Shown here one piece after another: positions 9,214-18,577 of a stretch of 64,000 nt of DNA (the stretch's first letter is position 1; each line of letters opens with the position of its first letter). The position numbers and the translations under genes were made by a program. The notes under the pieces are model-generated. The model had not been told where the DNA came from, ran no database searches, and was given only the letters and a program-made list of their open reading frames with translations. Origin of the DNA: a virus (Duplodnaviria; Caudoviricetes); the IMG/VR virus record IMGVR_UViG_3300032677_000029, positions 148 through 64,147 of that record; one strand, given 5' to 3'.

Positions 9214-9831
9214 TTAAGCTGTGTAATCAACGCCGGTAAGGGCAGTTAACTGAGGATTGTTGATCTTAACGAGTACTTCTGGATAGAAGACCGTGCCGGT
9301 TGCATTTGCGTAAGCAGTGTCAGGAACAACAGCTACTACACGGAAAGGCAATGTTGTTGCATTACCAAGAGCATTGCCTGGCAATACTACAGAAGAGCCA
9401 GAATCGCCTGTGGTTGTTGAACCTGCGCCGTACGCTGTTGCTACGTTAGTACCAACGATTGTGATGTTAGCGCCTGTTACTACGCTTGTGTTGCCTGTAG
9501 TTGTTACAGCTACTTTAAATTCAGCAGTTGGATCTACTACAACATAAGCGATTGGGTTTGTTACACCAGAACCTGGGTAGTATTGTGCTTGAACAGTTTG
9601 ACCTGAAGAATTCACATACTGACAACCAACAAAAGTACCAATAATAGTACCTGAAGTAGTTGCGCCAGACAGAGAGATTGTGCCACCTGCGACTAATTTG
9701 ACTGTATCGCCGTTATAGATTGCAGTTCCTGTTGTAAGTGGATATTGAAGCGTCGCACCTGCATAAGGAATGCCGTCAAAACGGTTATAAGCTTTAAAGC
9801 CGTAGGGAGCTGAGATGGTTGGATAAGCCAT
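9214..9831 (-). CDS. Head decoration / minor capsid protein
   Basis: MAYPTISAPYGFK...IYNGDTV...GTFVGC; directly upstream of the capsid gene. Confidence 0.65.
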   Translation of the reverse strand: MAYPTISAPYGFKAYNRFDGIPYAGATLQYPLTTGTAIYNGDTVKLVAGGTISLSGATTSGTIIGTFVGCQYVNSSGQTVQAQYYPGSGVTNPIAYVVVDPTAEFKVAVTTTGNTSVVTGANITIVGTNVATAYGAGSTTTGDSGSSVVLPGNALGNATTLPFRVVAVVPDTAYANATGTVFYPEVLVKINNPQLTALTGVDYTA

Positions 9832-9852
9832 TATAAAACTCCTAAATTAAAA

Positions 9853-10308
9853 TTAATTACCTTTACCAAAGGAACTTGAAGATTTCCGCTCTTGGAAGAT
9901 TGGCATCCGTGGGTCACTTTGGCGCATTAAATTATTGTCTACAGCATCCGTTTGAGCTTGTGTTTGCTTATCGTAATGGGCATTACGTTGTTCTACAAAT
10001 TCAATAGGAGTCTTGCAAAGCAATAATCCGCCGATCTCAATGTTGTCTTTAAAACGACTTTGAGGGTCGACTAACAGTTGGAATTTTGGTTGTTCTTCAA
10101 TCCTTACTGGCTCCCAACCTTCTCGCAATTTAGCGGATAAGTTGCGTGGATCAGCTTGATTTAGGGTTGCGACACGAATCCAACGATAAGCAAAGCCAGC
10201 CTCTTTGTCAGGCTCGGGGAGTAACTCAGCAGGTGCCCACTGTTTAGGGCGCTCTTGGGTTTCACGGCTTTCCAGCTCACGTTTAAGTCTATTTTTTACT
10301 TCAGCCAT
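9853..10308 (-). CDS. Conserved head morphogenesis protein
   Basis: YRWIR...LREGWEPV...GGLLLCK motif; start at MAEVK with GGAGG RBS. Confidence 0.65.
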   Translation of the reverse strand: MAEVKNRLKRELESRETQERPKQWAPAELLPEPDKEAGFAYRWIRVATLNQADPRNLSAKLREGWEPVRIEEQPKFQLLVDPQSRFKDNIEIGGLLLCKTPIEFVEQRNAHYDKQTQAQTDAVDNNLMRQSDPRMPIFQERKSSSSFGKGN

Positions 10309-11284
10309 TCTGGGCCTCCAGTTTTGTAAGTTCACGGGCGTACTGCTCAGGTGTTAATCCTAGTTTTTTAGCTAGGGCAACTTGCGTATTACTCAACCTA
10401 ATTTTTTTAGGCGAAGTACTGCGCGATGCTGGCGCTACTACCGTACTTGCTCTAGGTTTCGAAGTTTTCTGTGGTTCTTCTGCCCTAACTTTTTCAGTCT
10501 CAGTGTCTTGATCGTCTTCAAAACTTTCTGGGAACCGACGACGCATTGTTTTATCAATAGTGTCGTAATACTCATCCGAACCGATAGATACACCGTTTCG
10601 TTTTAACTTCTCGTGCAATCCTAGAGCTAATGAGGTCATTTCTTCGTCTTGACCAAACCACTCATTTTTTTCTTGCCAGTCGACAGCTTTGTTGTCGGGC
10701 CTAGGAATAGATTGCTGTTGTGGCATTTGTACCACATTTTCATCATCTTCGGCAGGTTTTTTATAAATTGGGTTGTAATTGTCCAATTTATCGACCTTGA
10801 TCTTAGCCATCGTGAGCTTTTCTTGCGCATCAACCAGCTTTTCAGAATCACCGGCGTCATAAGCGTCACGGTACTCTTTTTTAGCTGCTTCAAGCTCTTG
10901 AACTGCTGAGTGTTTAGCTACACCAACGTATTCCTGTTCTCCACTAGAAAGTTTGGTTTTAAGCTGTTTGTTCTCTTCAGCTAATTTTGAGGCAATCCGT
11001 ACTGCTTCATGGCGCTCTCTATCTGCTGCTTCTTTTGCACGGCGTTCATCATGCCAAACCTTTTTCATCTTAATAAGCTTGTCTTTGGCTTCTACGCTGT
11101 ACTGATCTAACTCATCAGCATCTAGTTTAAGCTTTTTAACTTCTTCTTCAGATACGGGTTGGCGGTTACGATCCTTTGGTGGGGTATCGTCTTCGATTTC
11201 TATTTCAAAATCGGGACCTGCTTCGACTTCTACCGATACTTTGGCTTCTTTCTCATCAGGAAATTCAAATACTTCTTGATCCAT
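10301..11284 (-). CDS. Capsid scaffolding protein
   Basis: Acidic coiled-coil with WQEKNEWFG and C-terminal QVALAKKLGLTPEQYA; lies between portal and capsid genes. Confidence 0.75.
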   Translation of the reverse strand: MDQEVFEFPDEKEAKVSVEVEAGPDFEIEIEDDTPPKDRNRQPVSEEEVKKLKLDADELDQYSVEAKDKLIKMKKVWHDERRAKEAADRERHEAVRIASKLAEENKQLKTKLSSGEQEYVGVAKHSAVQELEAAKKEYRDAYDAGDSEKLVDAQEKLTMAKIKVDKLDNYNPIYKKPAEDDENVVQMPQQQSIPRPDNKAVDWQEKNEWFGQDEEMTSLALGLHEKLKRNGVSIGSDEYYDTIDKTMRRRFPESFEDDQDTETEKVRAEEPQKTSKPRASTVVAPASRSTSPKKIRLSNTQVALAKKLGLTPEQYARELTKLEAQNG

Positions 11285-11294
11285 GAACTACTCC

Positions 11295-11702
11295 TTAAAC
11301 GAATTTACGTGAGATGCCGCGAGGGTCTTGAACTACAGCCTCTACGGAGTCATCGTTGATAATTCTGAATTCACGACCATGAATTACTAGCCGTGTACCA
11401 GCGTTGGGACGGGTTAAAATGAAATCACCTTGCTTGCACCAAGGACCAGTAGGGAACCTACTAGCGTCTTTAAAACAATCAGGACCCATAGCAACCACAA
11501 AAAGCACGGTTGTTAATAGTTCGTCATGTCGCATGGTTTCGTCAGATTTGAGAATGCCGCTGTCATAAGTTTCTTCCGCTTCCGGAATGGCACATAACAT
11601 TCTGTATCCCGTTGGTTCTGGGAGTTGCTTTGCTTTGTCTTCTGCTGCTTTGTGCATGATTGCACTTAAATCTACTGCTTGTGATAAATCTAGGTTATTC
11701 AT
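11295..11702 (-). CDS. groES: Phage GroES-like co-chaperonin (Cpn10)
   Basis: PTGYRML...SGIL...VVAMGPD...GDFI...EFRIINDDSVEAV. Confidence 0.8.
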   Translation of the reverse strand: MNNLDLSQAVDLSAIMHKAAEDKAKQLPEPTGYRMLCAIPEAEETYDSGILKSDETMRHDELLTTVLFVVAMGPDCFKDASRFPTGPWCKQGDFILTRPNAGTRLVIHGREFRIINDDSVEAVVQDPRGISRKFV

Positions 11703-11892
11703 CGTCAGAATGTTCCAAGTTTTTACGTAGGTCTAATATATTGAGACGTGCGGTTAGCAGACCCTGTATCTCACCACACTTCTTTTGGTAGTCGGCAAAA
11801 TCAATTGCATTACCTTTACCTAGGGATTCCTGTAGAATCTCCACCTTTTCATCTATTTGGCGTAATAGATGGTTCAGTCCTTTTTCAAGCAT
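11695..11892 (-). CDS. Hypothetical protein
   Basis: 65 aa, DFADYQKKCGEIQGL; coupled to the portal gene. Confidence 0.65.
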   Translation of the reverse strand: MLEKGLNHLLRQIDEKVEILQESLGKGNAIDFADYQKKCGEIQGLLTARLNILDLRKNLEHSDDE

Positions 11893-14381
11893 TATTCACC
11901 TTTCTTTTGGTTTCCTTGCTTATTTTGTTGGTCCATTTGCGCTTTAGTTTTTGCCACGTCCACGCCAATTTTCATACCTTCTACCTTTTGTTTGGCATCA
12001 AGTACTGCTTTATCGTTTTGTGTTTTAGCACCAATCTGCATACCCGCAATTTCTTTTTGGGCAGCAATACGCATTTTCTCAACTTCAATTTGGTCAGACT
12101 TACCGGCAGCATCAGCCATAAGTTTTTTCTGTTTAATTTGTAACTCTTGTTGTTTAAGTTGTAGCTCTTGTTGTTGCATTTGAACAATCGGATCTTGTGC
12201 AGCTTGTTGTGCTGCCTGAGCAGCTTGAGCCGTTTTGTTTTGTCCAAGTAACTTAACAGAAGCATCCGCAGCTAAACGAGAAATTTGTAGTTCAGCTTCT
12301 GGAGGTAAGGCGTAGTCTTCGTCCGCATTGTCGTTGTACGGAATAGGTACACCAATTGTTTCTTCCATCTGTTTACGATACTCATAACCTAAGTGCTCGT
12401 TAATATGTGCCATAAGTGCGGCTTGCATAATCGGAGCTTGCGGATTACCTTGTAGTAAAGACTGGATCTTAGGATCATGCATAACAGCCATGTGACACTT
12501 GATATGCGCCTCGTGGTCCTGTGCAATAAATGCCTTAAGGGGTTTGCCCTTCAGAACACTCATATTCTCTGTAATTGGATCCTGCGGCTTTTGATCCCCA
12601 TCCATTGGCACAAGCTTAGACGCGTTTTTGATTCCGAGGACGTCAAGCATTTGTCTATGAAGTAACGGTAAGTTATAGAGTTGCGGCGCTTGCGCAGCCA
12701 ACTGCAAGACAGCTTGGTATTGCACGATCTTTTGCGCCATCGTAGCTGCATTAGGATCCGAGACCGGTATGACTTCGCAGTTGTCGTAGTCAGACTTTTT
12801 AGCTTTTGGTGACCCTTCAACAGGTTCATACGAATACTCATCTGGTGTGTACTCCGCAATAATTCTTTTTAAAAGTTTGAACTCTTGTTTCATTGAGTAG
12901 TGAATACGTGCTTGAATAGCCGACATCACTTTTAACGTACGCTCTAAAATTGCCAAGGTTGTACCGACAGGGGCATTAGCGCTCATATCAGAAATTTGCA
13001 TATCACTAGCAGAAGCAAATGATTTACCTTCAGCAATAATCTTATCTAGCAGACCCGCAAGAACCAATGAAGGTTCTTTATACGGAAGGGTCATTATGTT
13101 ATCTTTCATAACTCCGCTTGGTACATCTACATCACGGAATTCGCCGGGAGCTATCGGTGTATCATCTCCTTTGACACGCAATCCACGGGCCTTAAAGCCA
13201 CCTGGCAAGTTGCTAAGTGATCCAGCGTCAACAAGCTGACGGAGGATGGAAGTGCCCGATTTAGCAAATGCACCGATGAGATGAATAAGACCAAAGCAAT
13301 AGAACCCAAAACCGGGTATATAGCCATAGTGAACAAAGTGCTGACGCTTCTGATGAGTTTCATCTTCTGGGTCCCAATTTCGTCTAATTGCAAGAACGGT
13401 CATACTACCTTTTTCGATAGTCACTACGTACGGCAATGCTATGCCTGTAGGTTCCCCGTCCTCATCCATATGCCCGTAACCGGGTAAATCCAAGTTAACG
13501 TGCATCTCAAGAACCTTGAAGCGATCATCGCTAGTGGCTCTAAATCCGAGTTTCTCGGCAATCTTTTTCTCAACTTCATCTAATACATTATCAGGCGTAC
13601 CTAAATCTACATCACAGTAAAAACCTGATACTTGTAGACGACGTAATTCATTTTCTGTTTTACGCATTACGTGGGTGATACGTTCTGCAGACTCTAAGCT
13701 AGATGCCCCGTAAGGGACAACAATATCTTCAGCCGGAACAAACATCGACACCTGACGATCTAACGCAGGGTCAATATAAACCTTCTTAAACGCATTACCA
13801 GCTAGGCCCAAGCCCCAGAGCATACGCTCATGTTCAGGACGGTATTCTTGCATACGGTCTGTTAGTTGGTAGTTCATGTCATCTTGAACACGCTCAGCAG
13901 ATTCTTTTTTCTCTGGAGTTTCTTTACCAATAATTTGTGTCTTAACAGGACCTGCCGCAGGAAAGGTTGCCATCATTGTTTCAGATTGAAATTTAACTAG
14001 GGCCTCACTTAAGATAGGGTGATATACACCGCAAGCACCAGGCCAAGGCTCAATACGTTCTTCAATTTTCATACCTAGAAGCTCTAAACCATCTACATAT
14101 GTTTGAATCCAATCTTTACGAGAAGCAACGTCAGACTCATAGTCACCAATTAAATCCCCAACTACTTGCGCTAAGTCGCCTTGGTTCATGTACTCAGCTA
14201 AGTTTGCATCAAAGTCCTCATCAGAAGGTTCTTTGTCTTCTGCTTCAAGGTTAATCTCTACCCCATCTACACCGATCTTAACGGCTTCTGGATCTTCGAT
14301 CTCAATCTCAATATCCGGCTCTTGTGCTGCTAGAGCTTCTAAACCCTGTGGGGCTGCATACAAACCTTTTTCAATTGCCAT
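11892..14381 (-). CDS. Portal protein
   Basis: 829 aa after terminase; GNAFKKVY, PGFGFYCFGLIH, long Gln-rich C-terminal barrel like P22-type portals. Confidence 0.85.
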   Translation of the reverse strand: MAIEKGLYAAPQGLEALAAQEPDIEIEIEDPEAVKIGVDGVEINLEAEDKEPSDEDFDANLAEYMNQGDLAQVVGDLIGDYESDVASRKDWIQTYVDGLELLGMKIEERIEPWPGACGVYHPILSEALVKFQSETMMATFPAAGPVKTQIIGKETPEKKESAERVQDDMNYQLTDRMQEYRPEHERMLWGLGLAGNAFKKVYIDPALDRQVSMFVPAEDIVVPYGASSLESAERITHVMRKTENELRRLQVSGFYCDVDLGTPDNVLDEVEKKIAEKLGFRATSDDRFKVLEMHVNLDLPGYGHMDEDGEPTGIALPYVVTIEKGSMTVLAIRRNWDPEDETHQKRQHFVHYGYIPGFGFYCFGLIHLIGAFAKSGTSILRQLVDAGSLSNLPGGFKARGLRVKGDDTPIAPGEFRDVDVPSGVMKDNIMTLPYKEPSLVLAGLLDKIIAEGKSFASASDMQISDMSANAPVGTTLAILERTLKVMSAIQARIHYSMKQEFKLLKRIIAEYTPDEYSYEPVEGSPKAKKSDYDNCEVIPVSDPNAATMAQKIVQYQAVLQLAAQAPQLYNLPLLHRQMLDVLGIKNASKLVPMDGDQKPQDPITENMSVLKGKPLKAFIAQDHEAHIKCHMAVMHDPKIQSLLQGNPQAPIMQAALMAHINEHLGYEYRKQMEETIGVPIPYNDNADEDYALPPEAELQISRLAADASVKLLGQNKTAQAAQAAQQAAQDPIVQMQQQELQLKQQELQIKQKKLMADAAGKSDQIEVEKMRIAAQKEIAGMQIGAKTQNDKAVLDAKQKVEGMKIGVDVAKTKAQMDQQNKQGNQKKGE

Positions 14382-14383
14382 AA

Positions 14384-14647
14384 TTATTTCCTAAGTGTTG
14401 CTCTATTTGTTTTGGGGTCGTACTTTAATTCATCTGCCTTCTTGCCAGTACGTTTTGTAGCTCGATCTAATGCGCGTTGCTCAGCCGTCATTGAGTCGCG
14501 TCTTTTTCCTTCTGCCGTCAAGGTTTTACCATCTGGTGCTAACTGTCCACGCTTTTGCAGGATACCAATAGCTAGTTCTTCAGATCCGACTTGCGCCGCT
14601 AATCTTTTTACTAATTGGTTTTTTCCCATAAATTTCTGTGTGGTCAT
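14384..14647 (-). CDS. Hypothetical basic protein
   Basis: 87 aa between terminase and portal. Confidence 0.6.
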   Translation of the reverse strand: MTTQKFMGKNQLVKRLAAQVGSEELAIGILQKRGQLAPDGKTLTAEGKRRDSMTAEQRALDRATKRTGKKADELKYDPKTNRATLRK

Positions 14648-16170
14648 ACGTTGTAATACCCTCTGTTACGTCTACTCTTAAACTCTAATACTTCATCTTC
14701 TTCATCAGAAGCCAACCGAATAAAGCCACCTTTACGGTAGCGCAGTAAAGCTTGAGACATACTATCTACCAAGTCGTCATGCTCTCCAGAGGGGAAACTT
14801 GCCACCTCTTCTACCAATTCTTCTGCCCAATGCGTATTTGGTACCCATACATGACCAGACGCAAAAATATCCGCAACGGCATTTAATCTCGCGATTTTAT
14901 CATTACCTCTGCTAGGAGTATACTCTTGGACCGGAATTCCCATAGCTCTTAGCTCAAAAACTAGTGGAGCACCCGAAGCTTTAGCTTCTACAATGAGCGC
15001 ATCAGGCTCCCATTCCTTGTATTCGTGATATGCCCGTTGTTTTAGTTCTGGAAACTCCATGCGTTGCTTAAAGCAGTTTAGAAGAATGATATTAGCTTGA
15101 TCTCTTCCAGTTGAATCTGGTCTATAAAACACACCCCAAGTAGTACACGCACTATAGTCGCTGCGTTCTGTCTTTAAAAACGCTGTATCCCAAGACTGAA
15201 TAAGAAACTCACAGTAAGGAGGGTCTTCTTGCTCCCAAACCTTCCACCATTCACGTTTTATGATGGCATTTACGTCTGAGGTTGGCTGCTGCATGTACTG
15301 AGCCATCCATTTTCCATTAGGAAGTTCAGCATGTAGGGCTTCTAACTCTAGTTTTGACCAAAATTCAGGCCAAAGTGGCTTTCCAGAGGGCAAAATAGCA
15401 GGAAATTCAATAACTTCCCAGTCTTCTCCGCTTCTTTGGGCTGCAGATTTCAATACTTGACCCGTTAAATCCCGTTTTGACCACCGAGTCATAACAATTA
15501 CGATAGCACCACCCGGTTGTAAACGCTGACGAGGGCCTGATGTGTACCATTCGTGGGTTTTATCGTAGACTTCTGGGTTTGTTTCGGCTATAGTAGCCTC
15601 TTGCTCAGAATGGGGATCATCAATGATGAGAAGATCAGCGCCTTTACCAGTAACAGCACCACCCACACCAATAGCAAAGTAATCACCACCCTTATTAGTA
15701 GCCCAACGACCTGCCGCTTTCGAGTCGGATTGTAGAGCCACGTCAGGAAATATATCTTTATAGACATCAGAGTCCACCAAATTTCGAACTTTACGTCCAA
15801 ATCCCACCGCAAGTTCAGCAGTGTGAGAGGTTTGAATAACTTTTTTACCAGGAAATTTGCCCAAGAACCAGGCCGGAAGTAAGTAAGAAGCAAATTCGGA
15901 CTTAGTATGACGAGGAGGCATATTAATAATAAGCCGTTTACATTCTCCACGGGCTACCCTTTCAAACGCTTGTGCCATCTTGACGTGATGACGACCATGA
16001 ATAAAATTAGGCCATACGTAATTAACGTAGGTCATGAAACTATCTTTGGCTTCTTCTTGTGCTGTGATGTCACTGCGCTCTTCCAATAGCTTACCGATCT
16101 TGGCTCGCACTTCTGGGGGCAGCTTATCTTTATTTGCTTGCAGGAGTTTTAGTTTCTCAGGGTTTATCAA
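14644..16170 (-). CDS. terL: Terminase large subunit
   Basis: INMPPRHTKS Walker A-like, LLIIDDP Walker B, SWDTA nuclease and HDDLVD motifs. Confidence 0.95.
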   Translation of the reverse strand: MINPEKLKLLQANKDKLPPEVRAKIGKLLEERSDITAQEEAKDSFMTYVNYVWPNFIHGRHHVKMAQAFERVARGECKRLIINMPPRHTKSEFASYLLPAWFLGKFPGKKVIQTSHTAELAVGFGRKVRNLVDSDVYKDIFPDVALQSDSKAAGRWATNKGGDYFAIGVGGAVTGKGADLLIIDDPHSEQEATIAETNPEVYDKTHEWYTSGPRQRLQPGGAIVIVMTRWSKRDLTGQVLKSAAQRSGEDWEVIEFPAILPSGKPLWPEFWSKLELEALHAELPNGKWMAQYMQQPTSDVNAIIKREWWKVWEQEDPPYCEFLIQSWDTAFLKTERSDYSACTTWGVFYRPDSTGRDQANIILLNCFKQRMEFPELKQRAYHEYKEWEPDALIVEAKASGAPLVFELRAMGIPVQEYTPSRGNDKIARLNAVADIFASGHVWVPNTHWAEELVEEVASFPSGEHDDLVDSMSQALLRYRKGGFIRLASDEEDEVLEFKSRRNRGYYNV

Positions 16171-16825
16171 AATCTTCTACCACTTCGTTTTCATCTAACC
16201 GCACTAGGTCTTCTGGTCTTACTTTAAGTAGTTCTTCTTCAGGTTTTGGAATCCCCAGCTCTTCGTCGCTCATTTCCAACAATGACCGCTCTTTTATAAC
16301 TTCATCTAGCTCGTTATCTACTTCGGCTGGAACTACATCACCAAGATACTTCTCAAGGATTTGGCTTAGCTCTGCGTCTACGTCTTCGACGTTTCTGTGT
16401 TTAACATCGACCTCTATGCGTTCTATAAACAGCCCGACTGATCCAACTTTACCTAGCAGCTCAAGGGCTTTTAGCCTGATTCTAGCGTCTTCATCTATTG
16501 TTTCTAAAAGAAGTTTGTTGGTGACATAGGAGCGGAGGCGACTAGAGACGTTTAACAAGTCCCTATCATATTCGGAGAGTATCGCTTCTAAATGTACTAG
16601 CGCTCCCGCATTCTTTTCCGTGACTTTAAGTGGTGCGTTACCCGCAGCTGCACCTCGGGCTTTGACCCTGTCGTCTTCGGTTATTTCTACCTCACCGCCA
16701 AGGGCGATGATTTCTTTAATTGTCTCTACTGCAGCTTTGGCTCTGTCTCTAAATAGTTCGATTTCTTCCGGTGTCGTGTCGAAAGGAAAAGGTATTCCAG
16801 ATTCTGGCTCAATCACTATAGGCAT
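16157..16825 (-). CDS. Putative terminase small subunit
   Basis: Immediately upstream of terL; RLKALELLGK...GLF motif. Confidence 0.6.
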   Translation of the reverse strand: MPIVIEPESGIPFPFDTTPEEIELFRDRAKAAVETIKEIIALGGEVEITEDDRVKARGAAAGNAPLKVTEKNAGALVHLEAILSEYDRDLLNVSSRLRSYVTNKLLLETIDEDARIRLKALELLGKVGSVGLFIERIEVDVKHRNVEDVDAELSQILEKYLGDVVPAEVDNELDEVIKERSLLEMSDEELGIPKPEEELLKVRPEDLVRLDENEVVEDFDKP

Positions 16826-16845
16826 TCGTTAGCCCCGTATAGTTT

Positions 16846-17211
16846 TCATTGGTTGGAGTGTAACACGGTTTTTATTTTTTCTTCGTGATGATGTATTCGG
16901 TGGCAATTAGCGCAGAGAACTATGCACTTCTTTATTTCCTCGTAGGCTTTTTTAAACTGCTTATTGCCTAGAAGTTTATGTATGTTGTATTCTTTTTCTT
17001 CTGGGTTTTCATGGTGGAAGTCAAGGGCAGCTGTATGAGAAAATCCGCATTTGGTGCAGCTGAGAGTTGCTTTGAACTCGTCCCATTTTTGTTTATGCTT
17101 TGCTTTATTTGCCGTGTTTAGTATTAGCGTTTTTTCTTTATTTGCTAGGTAGTACTTACGGCTGTACTCTTGATGTTTCTTTTTTCTTATGCTCTCGTCT
17201 TTGTATGGCAT
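16846..17211 (-). CDS. HNH endonuclease
   Basis: CTKCG...LDFHH...CIVLCANCHRIHH; probable start MPYKD at 17211. Confidence 0.8.
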   Translation of the reverse strand: MPYKDESIRKKKHQEYSRKYYLANKEKTLILNTANKAKHKQKWDEFKATLSCTKCGFSHTAALDFHHENPEEKEYNIHKLLGNKQFKKAYEEIKKCIVLCANCHRIHHHEEKIKTVLHSNQ

Positions 17212-17653
17212 CAGGTTGTACCTTATATTTCCAATAGATAGCGTTTTTAAAAGACCACGGGTTCCCAGGAGTATATACACGAAAGCCACAAGAAATCAAG
17301 GAGTTTGCAGAGGGTGGGTTATTTGTTGTATCGGTAATAAGCCAATTCCAATTTAATTTACGTGCTTGGGCTTGTCTAACTTTGATAAGGCGCTTTTGAA
17401 GTCCATGTCCAGTAAAGCCGTCTAGTACCCCAGCCCTACATAAGTAGCCTGTATCTGTCCATCGAGTCGAGCGGACCAAGCCCGCAAAGCCGACAGGCTT
17501 TCCGCATTCTGCATATGCAACCCACCAATGACCCCGATCCGTCTGGTACGGCGTATCCTCCGGCAGTATTTTCCTTTGGAGAAAAGTTAGTGTGGTTTGA
17601 TTGGCTGGAACCCGTAGGTCCACTTTCTTTATCTTGAATTTTGGTGCCTCCAT
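17156..17653 (-). CDS. GNAT-family acetyltransferase
   Basis: VGFAGL...YLCRAGV...GHGLQKRLI...NPPSANSLISCGF. Confidence 0.8.
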   Translation of the reverse strand: MEAPKFKIKKVDLRVPANQTTLTFLQRKILPEDTPYQTDRGHWWVAYAECGKPVGFAGLVRSTRWTDTGYLCRAGVLDGFTGHGLQKRLIKVRQAQARKLNWNWLITDTTNNPPSANSLISCGFRVYTPGNPWSFKNAIYWKYKVQPDAIQRREHKKKETSRVQP

Positions 17654-17748
17654 ACTAACCCCTTGAAGTTGAAACTTATTTTAGCCTGTTTTTTGTGTCA
17701 GGCGGGTGTTGTTTTTTGGAGACTATTGGGGGCCAAAGCCCCCTGGTA

Positions 17749-17874
17749 TTACTTAGTTTTTTGGAATTGCTTGAGGCTAGAGATAATGGAATCAATCCAG
17801 AAATCATTAACCTGCTTAACCTGAGCTGCTAGTTCTTGCAATTTCTTATCTGTATCTTTAAATAAATCAAACAT
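17749..17874 (-). CDS. Tiny amphipathic helical protein (41 aa, phasin-like)
   Basis: Manually read MFDLFKDTDKKLQELAAQVKQVNDFWIDSIISSLKQFQKTK, with AAAGGA RBS and its own promoter. Confidence 0.6.
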   Translation of the reverse strand: MFDLFKDTDKKLQELAAQVKQVNDFWIDSIISSLKQFQKTK

Positions 17875-17928
17875 GGTTTTTCCTTTTAAGTTGTGTTACA
17901 TGTAACGCGTTTTGGTTGCGTTTTGTAT

Positions 17929-17957
17929 ATTATACGATACATTTTGTTGCAGTGCAA
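17929..17957 (-). promoter_or_regulatory. sigma70 promoter overlapped by a PhaR-like box
   Basis: TTGCAC-N17-TATAAT on the minus strand; TTGCA-G-TGCAA dyad at 17947-17957. Confidence 0.7.
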
Positions 17958-17962
17958 TATAT

Positions 17963-18025
17963 TTCCCGTTCGGGAAGATTTAGTTGTTTTTGCTTATTTT
18001 TTAGGCATTTATTCCCGTTCGGGAA
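17963..18025. repeat. Two copies of the dyad TTCCCG-TT-CGGGAA
   Basis: Exact 14-mers at 17963-17976 and 18012-18025. Confidence 0.8.
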
Positions 18026-18491
18026 ACTTTTTGTTTTTCCCTGTAGATTTAATTATTTTGTTTTTACAGGGAAATTTACTTTGTTTTTTTATACATATAG
18101 GTATCAATATGTATAGCGTTTTAGTACTTAGGGGTATCATTTTTATTAAAGTTTCATGCACTTTATGCCGGTCGATGTCACATGTTTGCACGGGTTTTTT
18201 ATTTGTAATCATAGGGTTACAGCATTCTTTTTTTGAGGTGGTTTTATAAAAAATATATACCCCCCGGGGGTGTTTGCACAGAAACATAAGGGGCCTTGTT
18301 CTAAGGGAAAACCCTAGGTACGTCTTGGCGGAAATTTATACCCCCTCCCCCGTTTAAAAAATCATAATCGTTTGAGCAAAATACAGCACAAGGTGCGAGC
18401 GGGTCCCATCATATCCATAATGGGGTGGTGGGGGTCAAGGAATAGGGGTTCGCCAAATACTGTCTGACAGTACGGGAAAATCAAATACCCC

Positions 18492-18520
18492 TTGACACAG
18501 GGCTAAGGTACAGGCACAAT
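18492..18520 (+). promoter_or_regulatory. Early sigma70 promoter P1
   Basis: TTGACA-N17-CACAAT upstream of the 18578 ORF. Confidence 0.75.
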
Positions 18521-18577
18521 AGAGTCATCGGTTCGGGACATATTGTTTACGACGATATCCTTACAAGGAGTTTTAAA

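Noticed and set aside
771-16832. Numerous short plus-strand ORFs antisense to structural genes
   Set aside because: Shadow frames of well-supported minus-strand genes.
17893-18287. ORF-track ORFs 17893-18249, 17916-18116 and 18009-18287
   Set aside because: Low-complexity T-tract translations without an RBS, overlapping regulatory dyads; probably non-coding.
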